From NCBI GenBank assembly GCA_951406725.2, contig OX597831.1, positions 37,510,001 through 37,574,000 of the forward strand: 64,000 nucleotides of DNA. Direction: 5' to 3'. The position numbers and the translations under genes were made by a program. Below the pieces are notes generated by a model. The model made no database searches. It was not told where the DNA came from and worked only from the letters and a program-made list of their open reading frames with translations. Shown here one piece after another: positions 1 through 14,015 of the stretch. Source of the DNA: Octopus vulgaris. Lineage: Eukaryota. Positions within the stretch are counted from its first letter, which is position 1. Every line of letters starts with the position of its first letter.

Positions 1-449
1 ATATATTTATATGTATAAATGTTTGTGTATGTACGTATATGTATATTTGTTTCCCTGTCTGGATGTATGTTTATCTATATTAATATATGTAAATCCCTCT
101 GCATGTGTGTATGTATACACTTGCTTTCGCTGATAGATTCAAATTACTGTTTCTCTCTATATCATTATACGCATTCTTAGAATACACTTTAAAATTAATC
201 TTATTCAAATTAATGGAGGGGCTTCTTTATTTCATTCCCTTTCTACATGTTTTTTCTTATTGGTAATACTTCGCTTTCTATATGCTTAAATGTAATTGTC
301 TGTCACAAATAAATTGCACTTTACATCTGATATTCCGATGAAGCTGTAAGGAGCACTCAACTTGGAGTCCGTTGCATCGTATAGCAGAGAGAGATGTACG
401 CTAATGAAGCTTATCAAATAATAGATTATTCTTTAGTTGTCGCATTTCG

Positions 450-453
450 TATA

Positions 454-531
<78 letters not shown>

Positions 532-532
532 T

Positions 533-597
<65 letters not shown>

Positions 598-605
598 GAT
601 ATATA
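450..605. repeat. Compound microsatellite (TA)n-(GA)n-(GATA)n
   Basis: Directly visible repeats; explains ORF 426..704. Confidence 0.97.
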
Positions 606-1173
606 AAGATATCCCTGATGTGGTAAGATGTTGAATTTATTTAACAATAAAATTTGAAAAATCACTAGAAATTTGTTTCCGTCACCTAAAACATATAATA
701 TCATATAACGTCAAATATAATCATAAACTAGCAATTTAGATGCCTGCATTAATTCGAAATACGAAGGGTTCACTGAAGATAATGCAAAAGTTTGTGATAC
801 CCCATCAGGGGAAATTATTTGATTGTTAAACACACTTCGATTTTAATATACCTTGTATGAAAGGCATATTGTCAATGCATTACCTCCTGTGAACTATACG
901 TATTTTGATTAACATAGACATGGAAGTAGCTTATTTATTATTAAATACAATAATATATGCTATTTACATGTTTGGGGCTACTAAAACAAATTTGTAGTGT
1001 GTTTTCAATGTTTATTGTTAAGTAAATTCATCATGTGTTTGCATCATTTACACCTTTACTTTCTCCTTTTTCTTTCCTCGTGTATATTACCATATACTCT
1101 ATATGATTTATGCTAAGACAAACTAAAGAGCAGTTTCATAAATACAACTGGATTACTCGAATCCTGGAATGGC

Positions 1174-1263
<90 letters not shown>

Positions 1264-1337
1264 ATTGTAATGTTAAGACAACAAAATAATGAATGAGACC
1301 TCGATATTATGCAAATAGAGGAATTTACCTGTAATTT

Positions 1338-1493
1338 AATATGTGACAATTATTCGGTTGCCATAATAAGACTCCAAGTCAGGTATCGAGATTCTCCTGC
1401 ATGTCGATAACTGACGAGATGCCGGAGCAGTTTTCCGCCTCAACATCCGAAATTCGGAGTCTCATTATGGCAACCGAATAATTGTCACATATT
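1338..1493. mobile_element. Short MITE-like element with ~38-bp terminal inverted repeats
   Basis: AATATGTGACAATTATTCGGTTGCCATAATAAGACTCC (1338-1375) is the reverse complement of GGAGTCTCATTATGGCAACCGAATAATTGTCACATATT (1456-1493) with one mismatch. Confidence 0.8.
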
Positions 1494-1494
1494 T

Positions 1495-1629
<135 letters not shown>

Positions 1630-1688
1630 TAACAGAATGAGATAAAGAATCAAAGGCTGTGAATAGTTTTCAGAACATTTATAAAGAG

Positions 1689-1736
1689 GTCTTACAGCTG
1701 TTTTCGGTGTATTTTATATATCCCTTCATCAGAGAC
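1689..1736 (-). ncRNA. Minimal type I hammerhead ribozyme motif in a Penelope-type repeat
   Basis: Minus strand reads GTCT-CTGATGA-AGGGATATATAAAATACACC-GAAAA-CAGCTG-TA-AGAC: helix I GTCT/AGAC, canonical CUGAUGA, palindromic helix III, GUA site. Helix II is imperfect and there is one extra A. Confidence 0.7.
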
Positions 1737-2444
1737 GATGTGAGGGAATGTTTAAGTAATTGTTATTATAAAGAAGATATAAAATACTGAGTGAAGTGGA
1801 GGAATGAGAACAGCAGTAAGATACGTAACGATATTGTATCTGCAGACCCATTATTTAAGCTGAATGGTGTATATATAAGATTCCTATATCTTGTGTGTGA
1901 GCTCCCATACATATGAGTTAGAGGTTAGACAACCATCTAAGGGATAATAAATATTCAATAAACTACTGTATGTATATGCATGTATGTAGATTGATAGATA
2001 TTGATATATGCAAATATATATGTATGCATGTGTGTGCGCGCGCGTTTGTCGTGTCTTTACGTTACACATGTACATATCTTAAAACTTAGATATAATAAAC
2101 CCGCAAAAAACATTAAAAAATATACAAATATAGCATTGATGAAACTACAGCCGTTTCGCTTGAGCTTCAGTTAATTGTCTTCGCTTCCGCCGTTGCTGGT
2201 CATATAGTGTGCAACAATGTTTTTGATGGTTATTCTCTATATACAGCGCAGGGCACTTCCTTGTCGTGACATTTAGAATTTGAAAGATAGATTCCCGCCT
2301 AGTTTTCCTCATGTCAAGTGATTGTTTTTTTGTTTGTTGGTGGGTGGATGGATGGGATTGCAGAGTGGCGATTTTGTTGTTACTTTGTGTGATCGGGAGT
2401 GCTTCTACAGTTGCATACATATTATACTCACTACTCGTGGAATT

Positions 2445-3181
2445 TCTATTATTGTTGTTACTGGTGTTGTTGTTGTTGTTGTTGTTGTTGATGATGATGA
2501 TGACGACGACGACGACAACGACGACGATGAAGATGGGGATGATCGTGATGATGATGATGGTGGTCGTGGTGGTCGTTGTGAGGATGATGATGAAGATGTC
2601 GGCGACGACGACGACGATGATGATGATGAAAACGATGATGAAATCATCACTATGAAAGCAAAAAGTCAAACAAGGAGGAGTTTCGGCAGAAGAGCTTGGC
2701 GTCAGTTGAATGGAGACAGTTGGGAATGAAATAAAGTATGAACAGTAGGAGGATATGGCACATAAGGAGGAAGAGGAGGAGGAGGAGGGAAAATAAGTAG
2801 GTATGGAAAGAAAGAGAGAAATAAAGAAAGAGAGAGTAAGCAAGAAAGAGGGAGAGAAAGAAAGAAGAACGAATGGGAGAAAGAGGGAAAGAAAGAAAGA
2901 CAAAGAAAGAAGGAAAGAAACAAAGAGAGAAAGAAAAGATGGAAAGAAGGAGAGAAAGAGGGAAAGAAACAAAGAAAGAAAGCGGGAAAACAGAAAGAAA
3001 TCAAAGCAAGACGAAAGAATGAATGAATGAAGGAAGGAAGGAAGGAAGGAAGGAAGGAAGGAAAGAAGGAAGGAAAGAAGGAAGAAAGGAAGGAAGGAAG
3101 GAAGGAAGGAAGGGAAGGAGGAAGGGAGGAAGAAAGGGCGGATAAAAGAAAGAAAGAATGAAACAAAGAGAGAAAAAGAAA

Positions 3182-3212
<31 letters not shown>

Positions 3213-3322
3213 GGAAAGAAAGAAAAAAGGAAAGAAAGAAAGAATGCAAGAAGACAATGAAAGAAAGAAAGGAAGAAGGAAGGAAGGAAAGCGAAAGAGA
3301 AAGAAAAGAGAGAAAGAAAGAA
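2445..3322. repeat. Low-complexity block: (TGT)n/(GAT)n/(GAC)n triplets then purine-rich (GAAA)n/(GGAA)n
   Basis: Visible simple repeats; source of the overlapping ORFs at 2145-3409. Confidence 0.95.
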
Positions 3323-5629
3323 GATTCCCCTTTGTATTGTGTATGTGTAAGAGATGTAAGCCATTGCGATGTCATCTTCCGAAGCAATAGATTAACATCA
3401 TTCGATTAAGTTAGAGGCCATTGATGTCGCCGTTTGAGACTAAGTAATTTGTCGGAATGCTATAAATGACAGAGCGCTAAATGAACTATTTCAATTTGGT
3501 CAGGAATATTTCACTGTTTTGAATGTCGCTTACAAAAACTTTATTGTAAAATTAATGAGCATAAAATGTGAAAGTGTCTCTCAGAAAACTGTGTCTGTTG
3601 GAAAACTTATAATGGAAAATAGCTTAAATTTCCATTTTATCCAATCAACTTTTTATTATTTCTTCAACAATTTCACCTGATTTATGGTATTATTTCGACA
3701 ATGTGTGTTATATCTTCCTTAAACATTTTGATAAATTTAACTCTATACACACAGTGCAATCTAACGGTCTCTTACGAAATGTGTAAAAGTCTTTAATCAA
3801 ATCACTTGTAACGTTTCTAACCAATTCTTACATATTGACTCTAATATTTCTATTCTGTTGCGAAAGTAATTTTTCAGTTTTTCTTTTCTTATGCTTCTCT
3901 TTCTGCTACTGCTTCTGGTTTTGTCTTCGGAATCGCATGACAAGGAATCAATGTTTTAATGCGCCAACAGTTACAATTTTAAAGTATCTCCTTTGGAGTG
4001 ACCGTACCATCCATTAATTTTCATCCTTTTGTGGAGTTTAAGGGCCGATATATCTGATCATTAATCTCCATTTTTATTGTATTTAAGTGGACAAGAGACA
4101 ATTCAGAATTCTTGCTAGTCTACAAGACGTAACTAAATAATAACTGGAGTTTCTTTATAGCAGTCTCGCCAGATAGGAATAGCAGTAAAATTGCTAATAA
4201 ATCACACGTTTCTATCTGAAAAACCAAAATAAAAACTAATTCAAAAACATCTAGATACTTTTTCAATACATTCCCTATCGTTATTTCAATGCCTTCCGCT
4301 CCTTGCATTCAAGATTAAAAGCTCTCTGTACAATTTTCTATGCAGACTTCTGCAATAGGAGTCTCTTTGTCTATGTTTATTCTGCCTCAATCCCTTGGCT
4401 TTTGCGGATTATAACAATTTTGTGCGCTACTTCTTTTTCAATGACTCACTTGAAAAAATAAAATGAATATAAAATAACCTAGAAATAACATCACAAAATC
4501 AAATACCAGGATATCTCCATAGATTTTCTCATTGAAATTAATGAACATATTACCCAGATGTTACAGAATGCTGATCTCAAAACCAAATGCATAACATGTA
4601 TTTTACTTCGCTTCCATTTTTTTTTTTTTGGTGATTTATTTATTTAATATTTCTTTTTCATTTTTTTTTTTCAGATCAGTAATTGTTCACATGAGAAATA
4701 GAAGGATTTTGGGAATATATCAAAGCAAAGACAACCAGTATTGCCCCCTGGTTTACATGCTGATTTTTTGAGTGATGTTGCAAGTATACAGGAAGAAAAA
4801 TATTCACAATCGGAGAAATGTTATGATAAACTAAAGCGAAGAAAATCGAACACGAGCCACTGAACAGAAAAATATAATTTGAAATGAATCCTAAATTTAG
4901 CATTTTCTTCCACGGTTTTATATAAGAATTTATCGATATGTGTGTATCCATGTGTGTGAATATCCGTATTAGATCCCTAAAAATGTTCCTCTCGTTTTTT
5001 GTTTTCATCTGAGTGAATATCAATATAATACGATCATAAAGTATTTCCTTTTCATGATTTCTCTGAATCCATCACGTATACAATTTTCATTATCATTAAA
5101 TGAATATAAAAACCGGTGTGTATCTAGTCGTATAAATCCGAATGCCACCCAAATTTTATATATGTCATATGATATGATATATGATATACGCACACATCCG
5201 CACACACACATGTGCATACATACATACAGACACACATACACACTCACACACACACATGTCTTTTGCGGAGCCACTGTGTTAGGGGGGATATAAGCATACA
5301 TAAGTATGTATATTTGTATGTATTATGTTTGTTTGTATGTATGTATGTATGTATGTATTATCTATGTATGTGTATATTTTGTTTGCATGTATGTATGTAT
5401 TATCTATGTATGTATGTATAATGTTTGTATGTATGTATTATGTATGTATGTATGTATGTATTATGTTTGCATGTATGTATTATGCAGATCTGTTGCTATA
5501 TGAGTATCTAAATTGGTTATATAAGATGTTATTCACAGAATCATGCTTCTATCAAAGAAAGCTTCTCTTACGGAAATTAATACATGAAGGAGTACGGGCT
5601 GTAAGTATGGAAACCAAGTGGTTAAACAA

Positions 5630-5790
5630 ATATATGGCTTTATGGTAAGAAGTTTGCTTCCAAACCATATGATCCCATTTTCGGTCCCATTGCATTTCAC
5701 CTCGACTAAGTGTCTTCTACTATAGCATCAAAGCGACTAAGGCTTTGCGCGTGGATTAGGAAGACGGAAACTGAAAAAGCCAGTCGTATA
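5630..5790 (+). mobile_element. SINE family A, diverged 5' half
   Basis: Matches the 5' part of the full copy at 12843 (tggtaagaagtttgcttcc...aagtgtcttctactatagc...gacggaaactgaaa). Confidence 0.8.
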
Positions 5791-6602
5791 TACATATGCA
5801 TGTATGTGTGTGTGTGTGAGTGTTAAAGAAGAAAATGTAGAGTTTTAACAGATAGCTTTAATTTATTAACATATTGTCAATTTAGATTTGCCTACAATCG
5901 TTTCCACATCCAACTCATTCAAATTACAAATTCATGAATTAATATTGTATTTTGAGAATTGTGAGTTAAATCTTTCGTCAGGGCAAAAAATTGACACAAA
6001 AGTCATTACATTTTAATTGATTGAGTCTTCTCGACAGATTAAACATATCAACTTTCGTATATTTATGTGTGCGTATGTGTGTTAGTATTTTGAAAAAAAA
6101 AACAACGAAAGAAACCGTTAAAATGTGTGTATGGTTATTGTTTTTATTGTTTTGTGTGCATGTGTGTGTGTTAGCATGCTTGAAAATAAAAGAACCGTTA
6201 AATTTGCATATATATTATTTTCTATTATGATTAACAGTAAGTTAATCTATTAATTTATTTTAATGCATATTATTAATTGTGAGAACAGGAACAGATAGTA
6301 TAATTTATACGAATTAATTAAATTATTTTCTAAGTTAATTATTCATAATTATTGGTACTAAATCAATTTATATTCATTCAATTTATTTAATTTCTGTTAA
6401 ATAATAGCCATCAATATGAATGAGTAAAGCGTGACCCCCGAATTGTTTCGTTCATATCTAGGATTAAACCGGGAAACTTGGATGCTAACATCCCATTTAA
6501 GAAGAATCTATATCCTCACAATAACATTCTCACACACACACGCACACACACACACATACACACAGGCACACAAACACACACACTCACACACACACACACG
6601 CA

Positions 6603-6650
<48 letters not shown>

Positions 6651-6666
6651 TATATATATATATATG

Positions 6667-7148
6667 TCATTGCTGAGTTTTATTCCAATATTTCTTGCCA
6701 ATAGAAAAAGAGACTAAAAATTCTGCCAAGCGGTGCACCAGCATGGTCGCAGTCTAATGTCTGAAACAAGCAAAATATTCAAGGCTCCCTCATTGGAATT
6801 TCAGCCTCAACAACAGGGTATTTTTGTTTGTATATTTATATGTACATGTATAAATTTGTATTTTTTGCTTTGTATGTATTCTCATCCATATAGTTGCATA
6901 TCTAGACATGCTCATGTATATTTAAATGCTAAACGTCTAGAAAGTTTTATAGATATTTACAGTTCTAGTGATGAATTAGATTTGTAGTCTTCGAATTAGC
7001 TTTCTCCTTTCTGGTTTTGAGAAGCCTCATTTCTCAAGATTGGTATTTAAGCAGTGTCGTACATATGTCAGGACCCCAGTTATTACAGGTATAAACCAGA
7101 ACGTGTAATCTGGATAGAATAACTACAGATTTCTCAAAAGTTCAGCGG
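6667..7148 (-). mobile_element. 5'-truncated R4/Dong-like (RLE) non-LTR retrotransposon 3' end, with a SINE-A tail inserted at ~6715-6775
   Basis: Minus strand translates AELLRNL*LFYPDYTFWFIPVITGVLTYVRHCLNTNLEK*GFSKPERRKLIRRLQI*FITRTVNIYKTF; same family as 35612-36097. Confidence 0.75.
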
Positions 7149-7194
7149 TGGTATGTATGCATGTATGTATTTCTATGTGTGTGTGTCTTCGCAT

Positions 7195-7385
7195 TTGTGT
7201 ATGTCCCCACAACCGCTTGACGATCAGTATTGGTGCGTTTATATCCCCTTAACCGAATCTGATAGAATAAGTCCAGGCTTAGGAAAATACTAAGTACTGA
7301 GGTTGATTCAGTCGTCTAAAAATTCTTCCAAGCGGTGGTCCAGCATGACCGCAGTCTAATGTTTGAAATAAGCAACAGATAAAGA
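7195..7385 (+). mobile_element. SINE family A, 3' half
   Basis: cgcttgac...gatagaataagt...gcggtggtccagcatgaccgcagtctaatg matches the 12843 copy. Confidence 0.8.
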
Positions 7386-7461
7386 TACTCATACCTCCTG
7401 GCTTGATTTGTATATATATATATATATATGTATATATGCGTATGTGTGTATGTGTATTTGT

Positions 7462-7670
7462 ATTTTCTTTTACTTCTTTCAGTCACTAGACCTCGGCCAA
7501 ACTGGGTCAGCGCACCTAAGAATTTAGGTGAACAAATCAACCCCTCTACTTATTGTTTTTAGACGCGGAACTTACTCTATCGGTTACTATATGTTGAACC
7601 GCGAAGTTTATGGGACGTAAACATCCAGTACTAGCAGCTAAGTGACGGTGGGTCACAAACGAAACGACAT
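7462..7670 (-). mobile_element. SINE family A, 3' half (tail-to-tail with previous copy)
   Basis: Reverse complement of the family A 3' domain (tttcagtcactagac...ctatcgg...gaaccgc...gggacgtaaaca). Confidence 0.75.
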
Positions 7671-7706
7671 ACACACTCAGATGTATACATATGTACATAC
7701 ATCATA

Positions 7707-7784
<78 letters not shown>

Positions 7785-7814
7785 AAGCGAGAGAGAGAGA
7801 AAGAGAGAGAGAGA

Positions 7815-7925
7815 ATTTACAAAAAAGATGTATTCGTTTAACGCTCGGGAAGTGAGAACGTCTTTTACGTTTCGAGCTTATGCTCTTTAACAGAAAGGAA
7901 CACAGAAATAAACAGGGAGAGAAAA
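7815..7925 (-). mobile_element. Short Penelope-type repeat (family H1) with degenerate hammerhead at 7862-7897
   Basis: Minus strand CTTT-CTGTTAA-A-GAGC-ATAA-GCTC-GAAA-CG-TA-AAAG; related copies at 42.2, 49.5 and 51.0 kb. Confidence 0.7.
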
Positions 7926-10900
7926 TATATATATATATATATACTTACATAAATACATACATACGTACATATATACATACACATAATACATACATACATA
8001 CATACACACACATACGTAAGTACATACCTACATACACACACATACGTACGTACATACATACATACATACATATGCGACAGCCCGATTAAGTTTTCTTCTA
8101 GCAAATCCCCTAGTCACCAACTAGCAGCTCCCACGATGCTTCCTTTTCGAAAATGTTGCTGCTGTTGCCGTTGTTGACGCTGTTGATACTGAAAAATCAC
8201 ACGAAACTGTCCATGTTGATTCTACTAGAATTTGGAATAGGTAACCCTTTGGAAATCATGATTGTATAGTATATTTAGCCATTCTTTACGTAAAGCAATA
8301 TCATATTTCCCCTTCTTTTACATTTTAAGGTAATGTTTCTTAAGAATCACGCGTAGCCATTTCATTTCGGATTAATATACTGAACTTCTTATTACTGACT
8401 AACATTTTTAGTACACTTCTTTTCCTCGTTGCGAACAAAAGTCTTCTTACTTGGCTTGGTGACATGATTGATTTGAAGTGGACGAAGAATGCATCCACAG
8501 AGGCAGCAACATCCTGCTTGTTACGAATCCTCATTAGATAGCTGAGCAACATGACAGCTCTCACTTGCAAAGAGGCATCGCAGCAGTAGGCAGAATTTAA
8601 GAGTTATATTTTTCTGTCAAGATTGCTCATGGAAACCTTGTTAAATTACATATTTAAAAAAAGCAAATACTCATAACAATCCCTTTTGACAGTTTAACAA
8701 CCTCCGTGAGCTTTTCAAATGTCATCTATATATTGCCATGATTTTAGCTGCTTCACAGCGAACACATTCATGCAACTCTGTGTTTCTGTATGTCATATCT
8801 GTATTGATGCAGTTTATAGTTTACCTCTTACGTGAACATTTTTTTGTTTGCAGTTTAAGAATAGGGTTTGTTAAATATGAAATATTGAATAAATTCTTTT
8901 TCCTCCTTCGCATTGATAATTTTGGATTCTATTACTTTCCTATTTCTGTAGCATGTTGGAAGCTTAATATATATCTAGAGACAGTGATTGATATAATTTA
9001 TTGTAAAAGGGAGTAGGAACTGGAACGTAAAATATGTTAATTATTTTTGTTGGGGCTATTTGAACGTATCAATCATTCCTGTTAGATTGACCTTCACTTT
9101 CAGAAAAAGATTTTCAATATACTGTACATTTAAGGATATGGGCAAAAATTTGTAACAACCAAATATTATGCTTAAACAATTATTCAGATTATAATGTGAA
9201 TAACATGAGACATTATTGCTACAAAAAATACAAATAAGCTGGTTGAACAGAATTGAAACACCGTGTCTATTATTTATCGAGTAAATGTTACAAATTACGA
9301 CGCATAGGGCTTCCATAACGTCCTTGACTTTTGATAAGAAACCCGTGAAACCGCCGTTGGTTCTACGGTGCAACCCATTACTTTTAAAGTGATCTGATTT
9401 AAAATATTCCATCAAAATTCCGTGTTGATTTATATTCTAAAACAACAGCTTAATAGTGACAAAGTTATTTTAATAAATTCTTTATGATTTTCAGACTCAA
9501 AATAATTACAGTGCCGTGCAACAGAAATATGGTAGCACAGGTGTTAGGTTCAAGCATTTATTTTCTCTTAGAGCAGCATAATTCTAAGTGTAGCAGTACA
9601 CGAATGTAATAACTGTTTTATTAGAACATTTAAGTACAAAGAAACAAGAAAGGTAAACAGGTAAGAAACGCAAAATAATGAAAGGTCAAAAGGTGGACAA
9701 TAAAGCAGCAGAAGATGAAAAGGATGAGGGTGATGGACCATATATCCCAGAACAAATAGTGTATTCAGCCGCGTCCTGCGTTAATGTCTGATGGCGTTGC
9801 CGCAGAGAATGGCCAGTGATACTCGTTACAGCAGCCATTCGATGTCGCGGGGTACATTTCTTCCACATGCCACCGTTTTCCCTATTTTGCGCAGGAATCT
9901 TCATTATCAACTTGCTGCTTCATTTGTCAAATAATTACCTGTGCTCTTTCGTAGAAATTCTATAGATTTTAGCCAATCACCTGTTTGGATTCTGGGCGTA
10001 ACACGCGCCTTGCATAGCATTCATCCAGCACGTTCTGTCTTGTATTTTTTTCATTTCCTTCTGCTTCATGCCATTCATGTCTTCGTCAACTCCTCTTCTA
10101 CCGATTTCCGCTTGATGATCATGGGATATTCGGCTTTACTCATTGATCCCAAGTTCTAACCCAAATTTTTTTTTGGTAAACATCGCACTGGACTTCTCAG
10201 GGTTTGGTTCATCCAGTTCTTCTTACATTTCATTATCTGTTGATCAAGGGTTTCTTAGAAACCGATGGCGTAATCAAGACATCTTTAAGAAATAAATACG
10301 AATTTTAATTAGTTTTAATTTTACAAAGCTACTATATACCAATTCATAATTTAAGACTTACTATTTTTAATGAAATATTGTAAATCGGATATATGCCATC
10401 GGCTAACAGTGTTGAATGCATGCATAGGTAAGTATAGATGGGAATGCACGATAGGCGAGAGGGAGAAAAAACAGTTTAACTTCCTCTGAAAGATTCTTAC
10501 TAAATACTGCTAGGATTATGGGCTTTGGATTTCAAATAAATCTAAAGCTTTGTATATTATTTTTTGGCTTTCCTCACAATGTTTTAGTTACAAATTTCAG
10601 CAGAGTCTATCTGCCGTTTTGTTTCTATGGCATTTCATAGATTAGTAGAGTTTCTAACAACAATATCAGACGGTATTTAGCCTTGTAAGCTTTCAAGGAC
10701 ATCTTTGTAACTTTATCCTTCTTGAGTCGATATAAGTTCCAGCAGAATACTGGGCTTGATATAATTGCTGGGTCCCTCCCGTAATCCAGAATGAGCTCAT
10801 CATGTTAGACAAAAATATTCCAGCAATCAATAAAAGGGTTACGTTTATAAATCTACAACGGTTCTACTGTAGTCAAAGACGAACCATCGAAGTTGTCGTT

Positions 10901-11329
10901 CAGTCTGTTTGCAATACCGGTGATTTGTCCCTGAAATATTACTTCACTCTTTCAATTATATTGTGTTCGCATTCCCTATGCAATACACTTCCTATGTGTC
11001 TCAAGTTTTAAATTATTTAATAAATTTAAGAACGCTAGTAAGACTGTTTACTTCTCCACTGAGAAATTTATGGTTAGAACATATTTTCATCATAGATGTT
11101 CTCATAAAATAACGAAAGATTCTCTTTTGTTTAAATACAATCATTTTAAATTAGACGGAGTTGTATCGAATAATCAAGTGTTGTTTCTCTTGTACTGGTA
11201 TCAGTTGAAGTAAATAATGAGAGATTGAATATTTTAGGCTCTCTCTCTATCAGAGCTGGGAACATTTGACGTCATAGCTGTGCAATGAGGTCTAAAATGG
11301 GAGTTTAATATTGGATTATCATGAAGAAC

Positions 11330-11440
11330 AAAGCCAGGAGATTGGAGTGGGGGAGGGAATCAATTGATTACATCGACCCCAGTAGTTGAGTGCTACTTTA
11401 TTGTGTTGACCTGAGAGAGATGAAAGACAAAGATGATATC
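11330..11440 (-). mobile_element. SINE family B fragment
   Basis: gattacatcgaccccagt...gatgaaagacaaag matches the 40 kb copies. Confidence 0.65.
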
Positions 11441-11914
11441 CACAAGAATAACTTCGTCTTTTATCAATCCGGAGTAAATAATTTTAAGAACAAATCTGGA
11501 AGGACATGGATGAGAACAGGAAGATGGCAGTTCATTATATGTGGTATACACGAATGAAGATGTTACTTCTTCGGTGACATAACAGCGCATATTAAAGTCA
11601 GTATTAGATTTTGGTGTGAAAGTTTCCATGAAAACAACTCTAGAAATATGTCTATAAAATAACGACAGTGCGTGTTCACCGAGTTTTCATTCACTAAATT
11701 GATCGAATCCCTTGATTAAAGTATGTCCCATTCACTTGACCGTGTGAAAAATGCTCCCCTCCTAACATATCTCATCGTTTAAAAGTTTGTTTAATGATTG
11801 TAAAATTATTAATAATTGTTTGTTTCCTCATGCGTTTATAGAACGGCGAATATATTTATACAGTGTGCATAATTCTGTCTTTGTATTATAGGGCACAATG
11901 CTTGAAATGTTGAG

Positions 11915-12092
11915 GCAGAGTGGGCCAGACGATTATATCGACCCCAGAGCACGACATTTACATAACTAATCGACACCGAAAAAATTAAAAACTGAGTCGA
12001 TTTCGGAAGAATTAGAACTCAGAACGTAAAGGCCGGATGAAATGCCGCTAGATATTTTGTCAGTCCTGCTAAAGAGTCTGCTAGCTCGCACC
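11915..12092 (-). mobile_element. SINE family B, diverged copy
   Basis: gattatatcgaccccag...gaactcagaacgtaaag...gctagctcgc matches 40460-40625. Confidence 0.75.
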
Positions 12093-12842
12093 TTATACAT
12101 TGCGTATAACAACATATTCTAGATGGAGATGTTTCCTATGCAAGTATTTTGCCTCATTAAGACAATTGCTTTCAATGGATTTTAGCTATAAATATGTAAC
12201 ACTGGCAACAGTGTTACTGTATGAGTCTAAAAAATACTGTTGCGTTGAGTCTAAAAGTCCTGTTGCTATGAGTTTAAAAATATTGTTGCTATGAATCTAA
12301 AAATACTGTTGCTGTAAAATATATCTAAACTGTAGACTTGTATGGTGTTGATGTGTCTTCAAAACTAAACAATAACTCTTCCGGTCAAGTGTTCCAGATG
12401 AGCTTACCTCACGGCATCAAAGTTCCTCATTGACAAAGTGCCACATATGAGGGGAGGTTTCAAATAATGGTGTGGCACAGTTGACGGTGGTGCCCCAGCA
12501 TGACCGCTGCCTTGAAACTGAAACTTTTTAAAAAGTTAAAGATATATATATAAAATACGATTATCAAAAAATGTTTTTCACTTTGTAGATACCTGTTAAG
12601 ACATTTGAAATCGATTCTGTGACATGTATCATCAATTTTTAATAAAGTATGTTTTAAAATCATTTAAAAGTGCAAAATCTATTCCCTGGTGTAAAATTTA
12701 CTCACAGCAAACCTTTCTTAACAGTGATAAATATACTCACTAATTCTTAGTCATTGATAAGGAAGTTTTAGTGACTTCAAAATCAGTCACATTTATTTAA
12801 AACAATTAGGTATTCTTGAAAATCTATTCTTGAAAATCTATA

Positions 12843-13259
12843 GGCGCTGGAGTGGCTGTGTGGTAAGTAGCTTGCTAACCAACCACATGGTTTCGGGTTC
12901 AGTCTCCCTGCGTGGCATCTTGGGAAAGTGTCTTCTGCTATAGCCCCGGGCCGACCAATGTCTTGTGAGTGGATTTGGTAGACGGAAACTGAAAGAAGCC
13001 TGTCGTATATATGTATATATATATATATATGTATGTGTGTGTATTTGTTTGTGTGTCTGTGTTTGTCCCCCTAGCATTGCTTGACAACCGAAGCTGATGT
13101 GTTTACGTCCCCGTCACCTAGCGGTTCGGCAAAAAGAGACCGATAGAATAAGTACTGGGCTTACAAAAAATAAGTCTCGGGGTCGATTTGCTCGACTAAA
13201 GGCGGTGCTCCAGCATGGCCGCAGTCAAATGACTGGAACAAGTAAAAGAAATAAAAGAA
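12843..13259 (+). mobile_element. Full-length tRNA-derived SINE family A
   Basis: tRNA-like head (tggctgtgtggtaag...gggttcagt), CORE-like cttgggaaagtg, internal (TA)n/(TG)n, tail ggcggtgctccagcatggccgcagtcaaatgactggaac; more than 10 copies or fragments in the window. Confidence 0.9.
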
Positions 13260-13984
13260 GCAGTCACCTTTAGTTAGTATATTCACAAATTAAGAAGTAC
13301 TGATAAAATCTAATTAGGATTTTCATTTTTATTCTTTTTTGCAGTGTGAAAACTATGTCAAGTTTGTTCTCTTAATAATTTTCTTAGAAGATTAACATTT
13401 GTCCACGCATTGTTAAATGAGCAAATGATGTGAGCGCTGATGAAATTTGCTCACTCACTTTGTCTACACAGTAGGAACAGGAACAGGGATTACTATTTAA
13501 AAGCTAAATGAAAAGACGACTTAGAATGTAAGCGCCACTACATGCACGTGTCTTTGAATGTGAAAGTCTTTAGCAAGCTCTGTAAAACTTGCAATTCTAG
13601 CGCTATTGTGTACATGTATTTGTATGTATAAATTCCTTTCGTTGAGCTACATCCAGAAAATTAGTTTAAAAAGGGGAAAATTAGTTATTTTACTGCATTA
13701 CTCAAAATTTTTCATTATTTTCAGCATTGTTTCTTTTCATGTACGTATTATCCATCAATGTCTTTTTTTTCTTTTTTTTATAAATTGTAACATTATTTGT
13801 TTATTAGCAACAATAACTAGTTATTTTCTCCCTTCAGTAAATGAAAGCATCGTATACGGAACGTGACATAGTTTGAGGGCAATTTGCGAAAAGAAGATAA
13901 TATTAAATTACCGCAAAACCAAAAGAGAGATATTCAAACCTAAGTTGGAAAATTAATCCCATAAAAATACATTGTAGCAAGCAT

Positions 13985-14015
<31 letters not shown>

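Noticed and set aside
333-400. CCGATGA-AGCTGTA...TATAGC-AGAGA hammerhead-like motif
   Set aside because: GAAA and helix III are absent; too decayed to support.
2145-3409. Long ORFs up to 370 aa
   Set aside because: Translations of trinucleotide and purine-rich simple repeats; no domain.
4660-4870. Polypyrimidine tract plus CAG suggesting an exon (similar sites at ~13343 and ~22091)
   Set aside because: No recognisable coding frame or matching donor; such motifs are common in AT-rich DNA. RNA-seq would be needed.
8340-8570. 76-aa non-repetitive ORF
   Set aside because: No recognisable motif, non-ATG start and no splice support.
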